From a virus (taxonomy: Duplodnaviria; Caudoviricetes): 64,000 nucleotides of DNA. Below the pieces are notes generated by a model. That model was given only the letters and a program-made list of their open reading frames with translations. It made no database searches and had not been told where the DNA came from. Positions 49,393-60,622 of the stretch are shown here, in pieces; position 1 is the first letter of the stretch, and each line of letters begins with the position of its first letter. The stretch covers positions 32,001-96,000 of the IMG/VR virus record IMGVR_UViG_3300028591_000003. One strand, 5' to 3'. The position numbers were made by a program, and so were the translations under genes.

Positions 49393-49932
49393 TTACTTAC
49401 CGAAAGTGAATACCGGCAGCTTACGGTCGCGAGTGCCGGTAATCTGGCCGTCACGGTTGTAACGTGCGGCCTTCACCGGAACAAGGTCAGCAACAACCAG
49501 AGTCTTACCCTTGATTGCATTCCAGACCTCCTGGTCATTGGCGCAGGCGGCGACGGCGTCATACACATCGTGATGCTCCTTAGTTGAAGCAGGTACAATA
49601 CGACCCGAAGGAGTCAGATCTGCCTTGTACTCAGGAACGTTACGATCGAGCGCACTGAAGAACAGGTTCTTACTGGTAGCTACACCAGCTGACTCAGCGG
49701 GACAAATTACACCATAACTCTCGCCTCCCCGGAATACACTCTTGAACAGAGTATCACCATTTGCAGGAACATACAGGATGTCACCCTTCTGATACTGAGC
49801 ACCGGCAGGATCGCTCTTGGTACGCTCTACCAAATCACTCTCGAGACTAGCGCCAACATTGTTAACGCCCATACGCTTAGCAGCAAGCTCAACTGCAGCC
49901 TTGCTACTCTTAATAACATCTTCTTTCTTCAT
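49393..49932 (-). CDS. hypothetical protein, GC-rich codon usage (probably early, highly expressed)
   Basis: 179 aa ORF. Confidence 0.85.
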   Translation of the reverse strand: MKKEDVIKSSKAAVELAAKRMGVNNVGASLESDLVERTKSDPAGAQYQKGDILYVPANGDTLFKSVFRGGESYGVICPAESAGVATSKNLFFSALDRNVPEYKADLTPSGRIVPASTKEHHDVYDAVAACANDQEVWNAIKGKTLVVADLVPVKAARYNRDGQITGTRDRKLPVFTFGK

Positions 49933-50306
49933 TTTTTTGAAAGTTTTAATTGTTAATAAATGTTGTTAATTACTACTATTAACGTAAGCATAAACGGTCC
50001 GCTGTTCAAAGCACAACGGACGAAGCTCTATTTCTTTTTGGTAAATTTTCTTAGATAAGATGGACTAGTGTTATCACCATCATGTGTCTCACTGCACTTA
50101 CAGAGACTTGTGGAACGTTTCAATTCAATTACGGAGTCTAGAAACTTCAAAAACTTCTTACGTACTCCAACCTCAATCGCACTCTTCTCGTGAGGATGTA
50201 GTCTTTAAACTACTACAGAAAAACAACATATATATGCTGCTCTGCTAAAGATATTAATATGCTATACATATGGCTACGTTTTACCTATTGCCTTGGGGTC
50301 GGTGGA

Positions 50307-50338
50307 AAAAAATGGGGCGGTCGTATGCACCGCCCCAA
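50307..50338 (-). terminator. intrinsic terminator
   Basis: TGGGGCGGT-loop-ACCGCCCCA followed by T run, just after the stop at 50343. Confidence 0.8.
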
Positions 50339-50342
50339 ATGT

Positions 50343-50798
50343 TTAGATGAATGTAACAAGCGCCTTGTTCATAGCACGGCGACCACCAACACGACGCAAT
50401 TTCTTCACATCGAAATTAAACTTCTTGGTGGTAGCGTTGAGTGCTTCCCAACGTGAGGCATCATCGTCTTTCTCAGACGTGAAACCTTGCGACACCACGA
50501 AGTTGTTACGGTCATCGACATAGGTAGTTTGTTCTAAGTTAGCCACGGGAATTAAATCCCCTGTTTCCTTCAGACAAACAGCCATAAAAGAATGTGGCTG
50601 TCCATCAGTACCAACGTACTCGGGATAGTAAATGTTGACTTTATTTTTGTCAGCCCCTGAACCACCCTTGAGTTCAAGAGTGTAAGTCCCCTTGGGAACG
50701 AGAGTTAAAGCCTGCTGATAACGAATTTGTTCGGCAGACTTGGTATTAATTTCATCAACGGTTGCAGGGCGAATGCCTGCGATTTCAGATTTCTTCAT
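50343..50798 (-). CDS. hypothetical protein, first gene of minus-strand arm
   Basis: Likely start MKKSEIAG at 50798. Confidence 0.8.
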   Translation of the reverse strand: MKKSEIAGIRPATVDEINTKSAEQIRYQQALTLVPKGTYTLELKGGSGADKNKVNIYYPEYVGTDGQPHSFMAVCLKETGDLIPVANLEQTTYVDDRNNFVVSQGFTSEKDDDASRWEALNATTKKFNFDVKKLRRVGGRRAMNKALVTFI

Positions 50799-51035
50799 AA
50801 AGCGATTAAATTTAAATGAATAATGTTGTGTCGGCAGAGCGGCATACGCGTTCATACCTGTAGGTATGTACACACTTTACACATTGACTACGTTTTCCCA
50901 TAGCGGGGCCCAGGGGGCTACCCGCTAGGGTGTCGTCTTAGTCATATAACACAAAAAATTTTTAAAAAAATTAAAAAATTTTCAAAAAAAAATTAAAAAT
51001 TTTGAAATTCAAAAATTAAATATAAAATATGAGTT

Positions 51036-52232
51036 ATGAAAAAAATATTAATTTTATTAACGGCTTTTATGTTTGTAGGATGTAACAAACATGAGATACT
51101 TTATAATTCACAAGCAGAAGATAATTATAATAAAGCATTTATAACTTCTTTTGGTTAGCCTGCTTTAGATCAAGATTGGGGATTTGGAAATACTTCTACT
51201 ACTCGTGGATATGATACTAACGCAAATAACTGGGCATAGAATGGATGGACAGTTCCTTTAAAAATAACAGATGAAGAAAGAGAAAAAGTTAAAACCTATT
51301 TTTCACAAGAACGTAAAATAGATATTTCAGAACAAGTTAATTGGTCAGATTTCTTTGTACAACAAGTTTATAAAGGAGAATCAACTTATACAGCCAAGAA
51401 TAATGGAAGTGTAGGAAAAGGTTCAGATCATATGGATTATTTAACATGTGGTAATGATGAACATATTTACAATTTTAATAATGGCAAAGGTAGTAATACA
51501 TATGTTAATTATTCATATGTTGAGATTCCAAATGTAGATAAAAATAATTGGAAAAAATATTGGAATGATGAAATTTCATTAATGACTAATTCTTCTACTT
51601 CTCGTTTTGGTTATCATAATTCAACAGACAATAAACAGCATTATGAATATTTAATAGCATTTATTGATGGTGCATACTATGTAGGATTTGATTTTTGTGC
51701 AAATGGTACTAATACCAATCAACAAGTAGACAGAGATTATATTTATAATGATTGGATTATAAAAATTAGTCCAGGAAAGGATTTGCCAAAACCAGCAGTT
51801 CGTATTATATGTGAAGATTTAAGTGTTGGTACTGATTTTGATTTTAATGATATTGTATTTGATGCAACATATGAAACAGATGGTAAGACAAAAATTACAG
51901 TTTTAGCAGCAGGTGGAACTTTACCTTTATATATAGAAGGAAAAGAAGTACATGAATTATTTGGAGTTCCACGTTCAGTAATGGTGAATACAGGAATATG
52001 TTCTAGAAAACCAGTATCTTTTATACTTGATAGAATTATTGCTCCTTGGAATATCGAAATAACAGTAATGAAAGAACATCAATTAATTCCATTAAAAGCT
52101 GAAGTAGGTAATCCAGCATCAAAAATTGCAGTATCTCCATCATTTAATTGGTGTAAAGAAAGAGAAGATATTAGAAGTAAATATCCAGATTTTTCAAAAT
52201 ATGTACAAAACACATCAGTTAATTGGTATTAA
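51036..52232 (+). CDS. lipoprotein with DUF4842/LruC-like C-terminal domain; TAG=Gln
   Basis: MKKILILLTAFMFVGC signal in frame with the track ORF through 2 TAG; EDL..DFDFNDIVF..LAAGG..WCKER. Confidence 0.78.
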
Positions 52233-52279
52233 CATTTTTTAAATTTGAGTTTTATAAATTGATAATAATTTAATATCAT

Positions 52280-52636
52280 ATGAAACAAGAAGAAATGATT
52301 AAAACTCTTGTGAAAGAGTTGATGGAATTGGATGAACTACATCAAGAATATCAAGATAAAGATACTCACTTTGTAGTAGATTCTTAGAAAGAAGGTAATA
52401 CTTTAACAATTAAAGTACAACTTTTAGAAAATAAAGATAAGGAACAGTTTGAAAAATGGTTAGAAAGTATAGATGATGATATATTATCTGAAGTTTTAGA
52501 AGAAGTTAATAGTGATGGAGATTTAAATGAACTTTATAATTCTGAAAATTATAAACAAGCTATTAATAAAGTAAAATCTAAAACTAAAGAAATTATAGAT
52601 GAAAAGATTAAATATCTTAAAGCAATTAAATTTTAA
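52280..52636 (+). CDS. acidic hypothetical protein; TAG=Gln
   Basis: 118 aa through one TAG. Confidence 0.7.
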
Positions 52637-52700
52637 TATTGGCCAGTGATGATAAATATTAAAATTTTATACTCTTAGAAAGGCATCTAAGAGATTTTAT

Positions 52701-52776
52701 TGGGGCGTAGTCGAGCGGCTTCAGACTGGAGACTCTAAATCTCTGCATTACGCGGGTTCGAATCCTGCCACCCCAA
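52701..52776 (+). tRNA. amber suppressor tRNA(CTA), probably Gln-accepting
   Basis: GGAGA-CTCTAAA-TCTCT; U1-A72, G2-C71, G3-C70 as in tRNA-Gln. Confidence 0.92.
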
Positions 52777-52793
52777 CTAGACGTAAATGAATT

Positions 52794-53108
52794 ATGTTAA
52801 TATATAAACCATTAAACTTAATGAAATTCATATATAATGGAAGGATATATAATCCTTCAAATTTAGAGAAAAAACTTAAAAAAATGGGAATAACAATCAA
52901 TGATATTGAAATTATTCCCGAGAAAAAGAAAAATGATTCTGGAATAGAAGATTATATGCTAGACAAAGAACAAGTTATTATACGTTCTACAAAAGATGAT
53001 ATTAGAAGAATATGTTATGTTAAAAAAGGAGAAAGACCTCCAATTAAAGATATTTTAAACAATTTATATTTTGAAGAAGAATTAATGACAATGTATTATG
53101 AGAACTGA
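52794..53108 (+). CDS. hypothetical protein
   Basis: ORF track; start may be 52821. Confidence 0.65.
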   Translation: MLIYKPLNLMKFIYNGRIYNPSNLEKKLKKMGITINDIEIIPEKKKNDSGIEDYMLDKEQVIIRSTKDDIRRICYVKKGERPPIKDILNNLYFEEELMTMYYEN

Positions 53109-53256
53109 ATTATTTCGTTAGCTTTATGAAGCTAATATTGATGAAATTAAAGCTATAGAACAATTATCTATAGATCACAATATGCTTGATAATGGATATT
53201 ACCTTCATTGGAAAGACATGTTAAATAAATATAGTGAAGATGTTGATAGACAATAA
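53098..53256 (+). CDS. small hypothetical protein; TAG=Gln
   Basis: 52 aa through one TAG. Confidence 0.55.
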
Positions 53257-53295
53257 AAATAGGCAGCCTCCTTTTTAGGAAGTTGCCTATTTTTT
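53255..53295. terminator. bidirectional terminator between convergent genes
   Basis: AAAAATAGGCAGC...GTTGCCTATTTTT. Confidence 0.7.
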
Positions 53296-54504
53296 ATTTG
53301 ATAATAAAGTTCCAACTGTTCCAAGTCCTTGAGCAATAATATCTCCAAAAGGTGGAGTCTGTTGTAATAACTACTATTGAATATACTAATCTGCTTCTTG
53401 AGAAGCTTTTTGTCTAGCAGCTATTAAAGCATTAGAAGCTAATCGATTTCGGTTATATGCTGTAACAATAGGACTAGAATTATAATCTGGATTTTCCTAT
53501 TTAAGTCTTTCTTCTTCCTATTTTATCTACTAAGAAAAATCTTCAGGTTGAATAGAATTAATATAAGATTGTTTCCATCTCTATAATTTTTTATTTAATT
53601 CCTATTGTTCAATACTAGATGAAATTCCATTATATAATTGAGATCCTAAACTAATAATAGATTTTCCAGTATCGCTATTTAAAAAGTTTCCAATTTTCTA
53701 TCCTTCCTAAGCTTTAATAATGCCTCCAAACTTATGTTTTCTTCCTTTAACAGTTACTTCAGGTAAATATGTGGAATGTGTTGGGGTTTTAACTCCATAA
53801 TAATCATCTAAATATATTCTATCATAAAAAGAAACTGGAGTACCTATTCCTCTAGAATCATCTCTTTCTCCTGCGGATCCTCCAAACGGAGATAAATCCC
53901 ATTTATCATAATAAGAAACATATTCTCCTTTATCATCATATCCCCTACTTATAGTATGGTTTCCTAAATCCTAAGATAAAGAGGTATCAACTCTAGATTC
54001 TCCTATATTAAGAGGTTTATCATATCTTCTTGAATTATACATAGAAGATATTAAATGTGATATACTTCCCTAATGGTATCCTTTTTCTCTCCAAGCAGTA
54101 ACAGTAGGAGAAGCATAATATTTACTTCCTGATTTTCCTATAGTCGGCTAATATTTGGATTCTACTAATTTATACTCACTCTCATGTCTGTCCTTTTCTG
54201 GAATATTTAAATACTCTGCAAAAATGGGATCTCTTTGTTCATTTAAATAAGCATGTTTATTGTCACCCCTTTTTATTCTTCTATCTTTTTCGTTATTAAC
54301 TACAGCATTTCTAAATCTACCTATTACATCATTATAACCGTGTGGATATAAATTATTATATAATCTTTGTCTAACAATAGAAATAGGAAGTCCTCCGGTC
54401 ATATATCTATATCCTATATTTTCAATAGTTTCTTGATTAAACTATGGAAAATATCCAGAACCTCCAGTAGTAATTGGTTTACCCTATTGATATTTTCTAA
54501 CCAT
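53275..54504 (-). CDS. hypothetical protein (possible virion cargo); TAG=Gln
   Basis: Single frame from ATG at 54504 through many TAG; contains track fragment 54148-54402. Confidence 0.72.
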
Positions 54505-54593
54505 ATTAAAAATATTTAATTATTCAGTAAACTTGAACTTTTCCATCGGTAAAATTGGATTTTACTGATGGTAAAACTAATTCACTAAATGTG

Positions 54594-55892
54594 TTAGTTA
54601 ATTAATAAATTTCCTAAGTTACTATAAATCTATCTCTTTAATTTGAATTCATCTACAATACTTCCTCCGTTCCTATGTTTGAAGTGCCTTGCGTTCTAAG
54701 CAAAAGTAGCTCTTTTTCTAATAGCAGGATTAGAAGAATTTTTACCCTTCTAAATACATTCTTGAGTTACTTTTCCTCCACAATATTCTGTAAACTTTCC
54801 TCTATTCTCTTTCTTTATATGAATTCTTCCACCTTTCTTAAATTCATGAGGTCTCCACCCTATAATAGGATGTTTCTTATAATATTTAAATCCAGAATTT
54901 ATAGGTTGTGAATTTACAGAACCATTATTATATGGAAAAGCTTCTACTCCAAGAGAAGCATTTGAATCTAATACTTGAATTGGATTATACCCTTCACCAT
55001 ACATTTCCTTCATCTATCTAGGAGTAGCATCTCTTAGATTATATTGATAATCAACATATTTTCCACCATTAATCCAAGTAGTTGCATCAGGTTTTCCTTC
55101 AATTACATATTTTTCTGCAAACGGAACCTCTCCTTTTCCAAAATAAGGACCAAAATGTAAATCTGGATTATTAGTTCTAATTATTCCAGTATTTTTAGCA
55201 TCTTGAATCGCATCTTTTCCTACTGTTCTATAAAAGTTATTAGGATTAAATGGCATATGTCTTTGAATAATTTTTCCTTCATTCCATAGAAATTTAGCAG
55301 GTTTAGATGCTAATTTAGATATTTTAGAAACACCACCTACTTTAACCGTTGCTGCATTTAAAGCATCCATTGCTCCAGAACCTGCTCCTTCTAAAATTTT
55401 ACCTTCGTTTAAAGTATTAATAGTTTTTCTAAGTCCATTAGATCCAGCAAGTTCTAAACCTGCTTCTAAACCAAACCAAGCAGGAGTATATCCTATAGGA
55501 GTTTTTGATATTAAATGATATAACCCGTTTTCACTATTTGTTCCTCCTATATTTTTTATATAATCAATAGTATTATCTATTACATCGTTAGTTTTCTATG
55601 TTATTTCACCTTGATTATACTAGTTACCTGTAATATTTCTACCTCTAACATTATTTAATTGAGTCGCATCATCTAAAGGTATTCCTAATCGATTTGCTGT
55701 GTCATAATCTTCTACAATACGGTTTGTCCATTCATCTGCCTTTTGCTAAGCTCTTTTTTCCATTTGTATATCCGAATTAGTATATTCTCCGGCCTTATTT
55801 GTAGCAAATTGATAAAGACCAGGAACAATTCTTTTTACCTTTATTAATGACTATTTAGCATTTTTTTGCCAGTTTTTATCAAATATTCCCAT
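54594..55892 (-). CDS. hypothetical protein (possible virion cargo); TAG=Gln
   Basis: Single frame joins track fragments 55014-55370 and 54750-55013; C-terminal IHIKKENRGKFT...RKRATFA.NA module. Confidence 0.78.
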
Positions 55893-55928
55893 AATTTTAT
55901 TTATTTTTTGTTTAATTTTATTAATTAT

Positions 55929-55959
55929 TTTGACATTAATAATAATATCAATAATTTAG
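55929..55959 (+). promoter_or_regulatory. sigma-A-like promoter for lysis/packaging operon
   Basis: TTTG-N19-TAATTTAG. Confidence 0.45.
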
Positions 55960-55993
55960 GATAAATACAAATATTTTTTATTTAATTAGATAA

Positions 55994-56677
55994 ATGTTAG
56001 AAAAACTAAAAATTTTAAAAAATGTATGGGAATACATTAATAAAATAAATCCAGAAACTAGAAGTTTAATAATTATTTTACTTTTTGGATATATTTTGTA
56101 TTCTTAGATAACTGACTTTACTGAAAAAATGATTAATGAAAAATCCAATCAAGAAGTAATCTGTAATAAAAAAGCAGAACAATATTCTATGGAAAAATCA
56201 ATTGAATTAAATGAATAGGTATAGTTAATAGCAGAAAAAGATTAGGATGCTTTTGATGTATTACTTTTAAATTATCATAATAATACTCAAAGTTTACAGG
56301 GCTATAAATATTTGTATTTATCTTGTCTCACTGAAGCTCCAAGAGATTTAGATACTCCATTAATGAAATAGTAGTGGAATAGAATAGATTATATCTATTA
56401 TGCAGATGAGTTAGCTAAAATACACAGTCAAAGCTTTGTTAAATTTGAAGATATTGAAAGAATGTAGTATTAGTTACCAAAACTATATAGATTAGTTAAA
56501 TCTAGTGATGCTAAAGCTATTACATTTTTCACAATAGAAGGGCATAATTCTCCAATAGGATTAATTGTAATTTTATACAAAACTAATAAAAAATATGATT
56601 AGGCTTATGCTAAAAGAATATTACCGTGTATTTAGAAATTAGCTATATTATTAGATTATGATACAATAAAAGAATGA
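55994..56677 (+). CDS. putative holin (single N-terminal TM plus soluble domain); TAG=Gln
   Basis: 227 aa through about 10 TAG; ATGA overlap with amidase; function inferred from topology and position. Confidence 0.6.
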
Positions 56678-57279
56678 AAACTATAATTTTAGGAACAGCT
56701 CATTTAAAAAGTACTCCTGGAAAGTGTTCTCCAGATAAAAGTTTTTATGAATATCAATACTCTAGAGAAGTATGTAAAGCTATAAAAGCAATTTTACAAA
56801 ATATGGATTATCAAGTTTTTATTGATATTGAAGATGATGACTTAGATGTTAATCAAAATAGAGAATTAAATTTAAGATGTAAAATTGTTAACGACTTACA
56901 AAAAACATATAAAAATTGTATTTATGTTTCTATTCATGTTAATGCTGCTGGAAATGGAACTAACTGGATGAACGCTACGGGATGGTCTGCGTATACATCG
57001 ACTGGAGTTACTAGTGCTGATAAACTAGCCAATTGTTTATATGATGCTGCTAAAAAGAATTTAAAAGGAAAGAAAATAAGAACTGAAATGACAGATGGAG
57101 ATCCTGATATAGAATCAAATTTTTATGTTCTCAAACATACAAATTGTCCAGCTGTTCTTACAGAAAATTTCTTTCAAGATAATAAAGAAGATGTTGAATA
57201 TTTAAAAAGTAACATCGGATTTCATTAGATAGTAAGACTTCATGTAGAAGGAATACTAAAATATATTCAAGATAATTAA
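56674..57279 (+). CDS. N-acetylmuramoyl-L-alanine amidase (Amidase_3) endolysin; TAG=Gln
   Basis: AH..YEY..SIHVNA..AVLTENFF; final helix requires read-through of TAG at 57226. Confidence 0.9.
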
Positions 57280-57304
57280 AAAGAATTAAAAATGATTATG
57301 TATT

Positions 57305-58210
57305 ATGAATTATGATAAGATAAATAAAGATGTATGGTTTAGAGAATCTGATCATGTCTATGGAAATATTAACGATTCTTCAATAAAATATACTAGTGTT
57401 ACTACTTTAATTGGAAAGTATGAAAATGAATTCGATAAAGAATTTATAAGTAAATATAAAGCACTTGAAAAACTTCTTCCTTCAGATATTTGGAAAAAAG
57501 AAAAAGGAGCTATTTGGAAAAACCATAAAATTCCTAATGATTTTTTAGAAGTATATGAAATATCTGAAAAAGAATTAAATAAAGTGCAACAAGATATTCT
57601 TGATGAATGGGCACAAGTAAATAGAGAATCTTGTGAAAGAGGAACTAAAATTCATGCTCAATTAGAAAATAGTTTTTACAAAGCAGGTTCTAATGTTACA
57701 TTAAATAAATTCGGAATAGGTGGAAAATTTGTTTGTAAAAAGAATTATTCCGAACTTGACTTAGAATATGGAGTATATCCAGAATATCTTATTTACTATG
57801 ATAATCCTAAAATAAATTTACATATAGCAGGACAAATTGATCTTTTAATAAAAGATGGTAATGATATAATTATAGGAGACTGGAAAACTAATGCTAAAAT
57901 AGATCAGAAAGGATTCTACAATACTTCTACAAGAAGTACAAAGAAAATGAAATATCCTTTAACTAATATAGAAGATTGTAATCTTTGGCATTATTATTTA
58001 CAACTATCTACTTATGCTTGGATGATTCAAAAAATCAATCCTAACTTTAATATTAAAAGATTATTTATATATCATTTTGATCACGAAGGAAATGAAACTT
58101 TATACGAAGTTCCATATTTAAAAGATGATGTAGAGAAAATGTTAAAACATTTTGCTAGACAGCAAAAACTTGAAAATCAGAAAAAGAAATATGCAAGAAT
58201 TGAATATTGA
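57305..58210 (+). CDS. PD-(D/E)XK (RecB/Cas4-like) nuclease
   Basis: SVTT..RGTKIH..AGQIDL..GDWKT..QLSTY. Confidence 0.85.
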   Translation: MNYDKINKDVWFRESDHVYGNINDSSIKYTSVTTLIGKYENEFDKEFISKYKALEKLLPSDIWKKEKGAIWKNHKIPNDFLEVYEISEKELNKVQQDILDEWAQVNRESCERGTKIHAQLENSFYKAGSNVTLNKFGIGGKFVCKKNYSELDLEYGVYPEYLIYYDNPKINLHIAGQIDLLIKDGNDIIIGDWKTNAKIDQKGFYNTSTRSTKKMKYPLTNIEDCNLWHYYLQLSTYAWMIQKINPNFNIKRLFIYHFDHEGNETLYEVPYLKDDVEKMLKHFARQQKLENQKKKYARIEY

Positions 58211-58400
58211 TGAAAGATTAGCTATATGTAAAAAATGTCCGATATTTAATAATGGAAGATGTAACTCTAATTTATGGATTAATCCTGATACAAATGAGGT
58301 AAGTACTTATGCTAGAATAGGATTTATTAGAGGATGTAATTGTATTATTTCAATAAAAGCGAAAAATCGTTATAATCATTGTATAGCAGGAAAATGGTAA
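58191..58400 (+). CDS. Cys-rich small protein
   Basis: RLAICKKC..GCNC..CIAGKW. Confidence 0.7.
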   Translation: MQELNIDERLAICKKCPIFNNGRCNSNLWINPDTNEVSTYARIGFIRGCNCIISIKAKNRYNHCIAGKW

Positions 58401-58615
58401 GAAATCTCTTTCTTAAAATACGAAATATAATAATTGGTAACTGGAGAAATTTAACCGGTTATACTTCAGATGAAATAAAACGTAGAAGATAGATATGTAA
58501 ATCTTGTGAACACAATATTAAATTTAGTGGGACAAGAATCTGTGACCAGTGCGGATGTATAATAAATAGTAAAACAGCAGTGGAATCAGAAAAATGTTTA
58601 ATGAATAAATGGTAA
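58394..58615 (+). CDS. Cys-rich small protein, paralog of 58191-58400; TAG=Gln
   Basis: RR*ICKSC..CDQCGC..CLMNKW. Confidence 0.7.
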
Positions 58616-58616
58616 T

Positions 58617-59192
58617 ATGAAAGAAAAATTAGCAATGGATTTAGCAGGAGAAAGCACAACAAGAATCGTAGCTTTAGATGGAACAACAGCAGAAGATGTC
58701 ATTAATAAAAGAAATACTGAGAAACTTAATGATATGATAGATCAATATTCAGAAAAATTCGAACAAAGATCTACTAACATTAAAGAATTTGCTAATAAAA
58801 TAAATGAAAATGTCCAGAATATAGAGATAATGCCTCTTGGTAATTATGTTCTTGTAAAACAATTTGATGAAAATCCTTTTCAAAGAATTGTTAGAGATTC
58901 GAAATCTGGACTTATTATTGATACAGGCGGACTTGCTCCAGAATATAAAAATACAGATAATGGAGAAATTGAAGAAGAAAAACCGTTTATATTAGTAGGC
59001 GTTGTTCAAGAAGTTGGACCTGAATGTAAATATCTACAACCTGGAGATGCAGTATTTTACACTGTTCCATCTGCTGTACCTGTTCCATTCTATAAACAAA
59101 AACTTATACAAGTTAATGAAACTAGAGTTCTTGCTGTAGTAAATGAGTTTCTTACTGAAAGATTTAATAAGATAAAAGAAAATGGAAAATAA
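58617..59192 (+). CDS. groES: GroES-like co-chaperonin
   Basis: PLGNYVLVK..SGLII..GVVQEVGP..PGDAVFY. Confidence 0.72.
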   Translation: MKEKLAMDLAGESTTRIVALDGTTAEDVINKRNTEKLNDMIDQYSEKFEQRSTNIKEFANKINENVQNIEIMPLGNYVLVKQFDENPFQRIVRDSKSGLIIDTGGLAPEYKNTDNGEIEEEKPFILVGVVQEVGPECKYLQPGDAVFYTVPSAVPVPFYKQKLIQVNETRVLAVVNEFLTERFNKIKENGK

Positions 59193-59418
59193 TTATGTTA
59201 ATTCTCCAGATGAAAAAACATTTTTTCAGCCTGGAGATATATGTCAAATAAAATAGGATATTCCTAATAAACCTAAGATGATGGTAATAAAAATAGAGAG
59301 ATCATTATTAAAAAAAGACGAACAAAGCTATTTAAGAGGAGTTAAGTGTCGTTGGTTTACTATAAGTGGATAGTTACAAGAAGCTATCTTCTCAACAAAA
59401 GATTTAATTAAATTATGA
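59182..59418 (+). CDS. small YodC/DUF2158-like protein; TAG=Gln
   Basis: FQPGDIC..PKMMV..VKCRWF..F...DL through 2 TAG. Confidence 0.68.
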
Positions 59419-60044
59419 TAAACAAATTTCAACAAGGTGGAATTTTAGCGCAACTTCAACAGTTACCTTAGGAACAACAGTAGTAGATTATGTAGGCTTT
59501 TGCACAATGGGCACAATAGAAAGGTGTAGATATTAATTAGTTACAAAATAACCCTCAAGCTTTAGAGCAAGCATTAGGTCAATTTATGTAGGAAATGCAA
59601 TAGCAAACTCAATCAGCTCGTCATGGTGCTAAACTTCAATATATCAAATCTTTAAAACATCAATGTGCAGAAGATGAAGAAGTTGTTTATTTCAAAAGAG
59701 GTGGTTCTGTAGATTGCGGTTGTAAAAAGAAAATGGAAGAAGGTGGTCCTGTTGAAAAAAAGGATAATCCTATAAATAGATTTAAAAACAGAAATCTTGA
59801 TAAAAAAGAACAAGGTGAAAAACCAAAAAGAGAAGAACCAAAAGAACCTAAAATTAAAAGACCTAAATTATCTGATAAAAAAGATACTAACAAAGGAACA
59901 GTAAAAATTGATCACATGTGTGGTGGTTCTAAAATGAAACTTCAAAAGAAAGGCGGAGAAGTATGTCCTAAATGTGGAAAAGTTCATTCTGCGGGAATAG
60001 GATGTGCTATTGCTAAATTTAAAATGAGAGGTGGAATCCTTTAA
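59415..60044 (+). CDS. Gln-rich hypothetical protein; TAG=Gln
   Basis: LQQLP*EQQ**IM*AFAQWAQ*KG, in frame with track ORF 59733-60044. Confidence 0.8.
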
Positions 60045-60070
60045 TTAATTAAATAAATGTTAATGTAAAT

Positions 60071-60622
60071 ATGAATTTAAATGTTTTTGATTATGATTAG
60101 AGAACTGGAAAAGTAATTCTCAATTCAGCGGATCTTGCTCTTATTGATGAATTTAAAACAATCATTAAAAGAGATAAAGATCGTGCTGATAGAGAATTTA
60201 CTTATATATATTTAGCAATTGATTGGAAATCTCCTTATAATGGATATTCAGAACAAGAGAGACATGAAGCAGCATTACAAGATGCTCATATTACTGAAGA
60301 AGAATGGAATGATCCTTCTTTTAGAGCAGCTTGTAGAAAATACAGAGCATTACAAGAGTCTAATCGTTACGTAAGACTTCTTAAATCTGCTGAATTGGTA
60401 ACTGATAAAATTATCGATTATTTTAATAATGTAGATTTAGAAGAACGTGATGAACAAACTGGTAAATATGTTAATAAAGTAGCTGATATACAAAAAGCTA
60501 TGGAAAACGCTTCTAAACAAATAGAAACATTAAAAATGATAGAATCTCTTGTTAAGAAAGAAATTGCTGAACAAAGTCAGATTCGTGCTGGAGCTACAGA
60601 AGGATTTGTTCCTGATTTTTAA
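60071..60622 (+). CDS. protein upstream of terminase (possible small subunit); TAG=Gln
   Basis: 183 aa through one TAG; stop overlaps the terL start. Confidence 0.7.

Noticed and set aside
57305-58210. cas4 as part of a CRISPR-Cas locus
   Set aside because: Solo PD-(D/E)XK nuclease with no array, no other cas genes and no Fe-S cysteine cluster.
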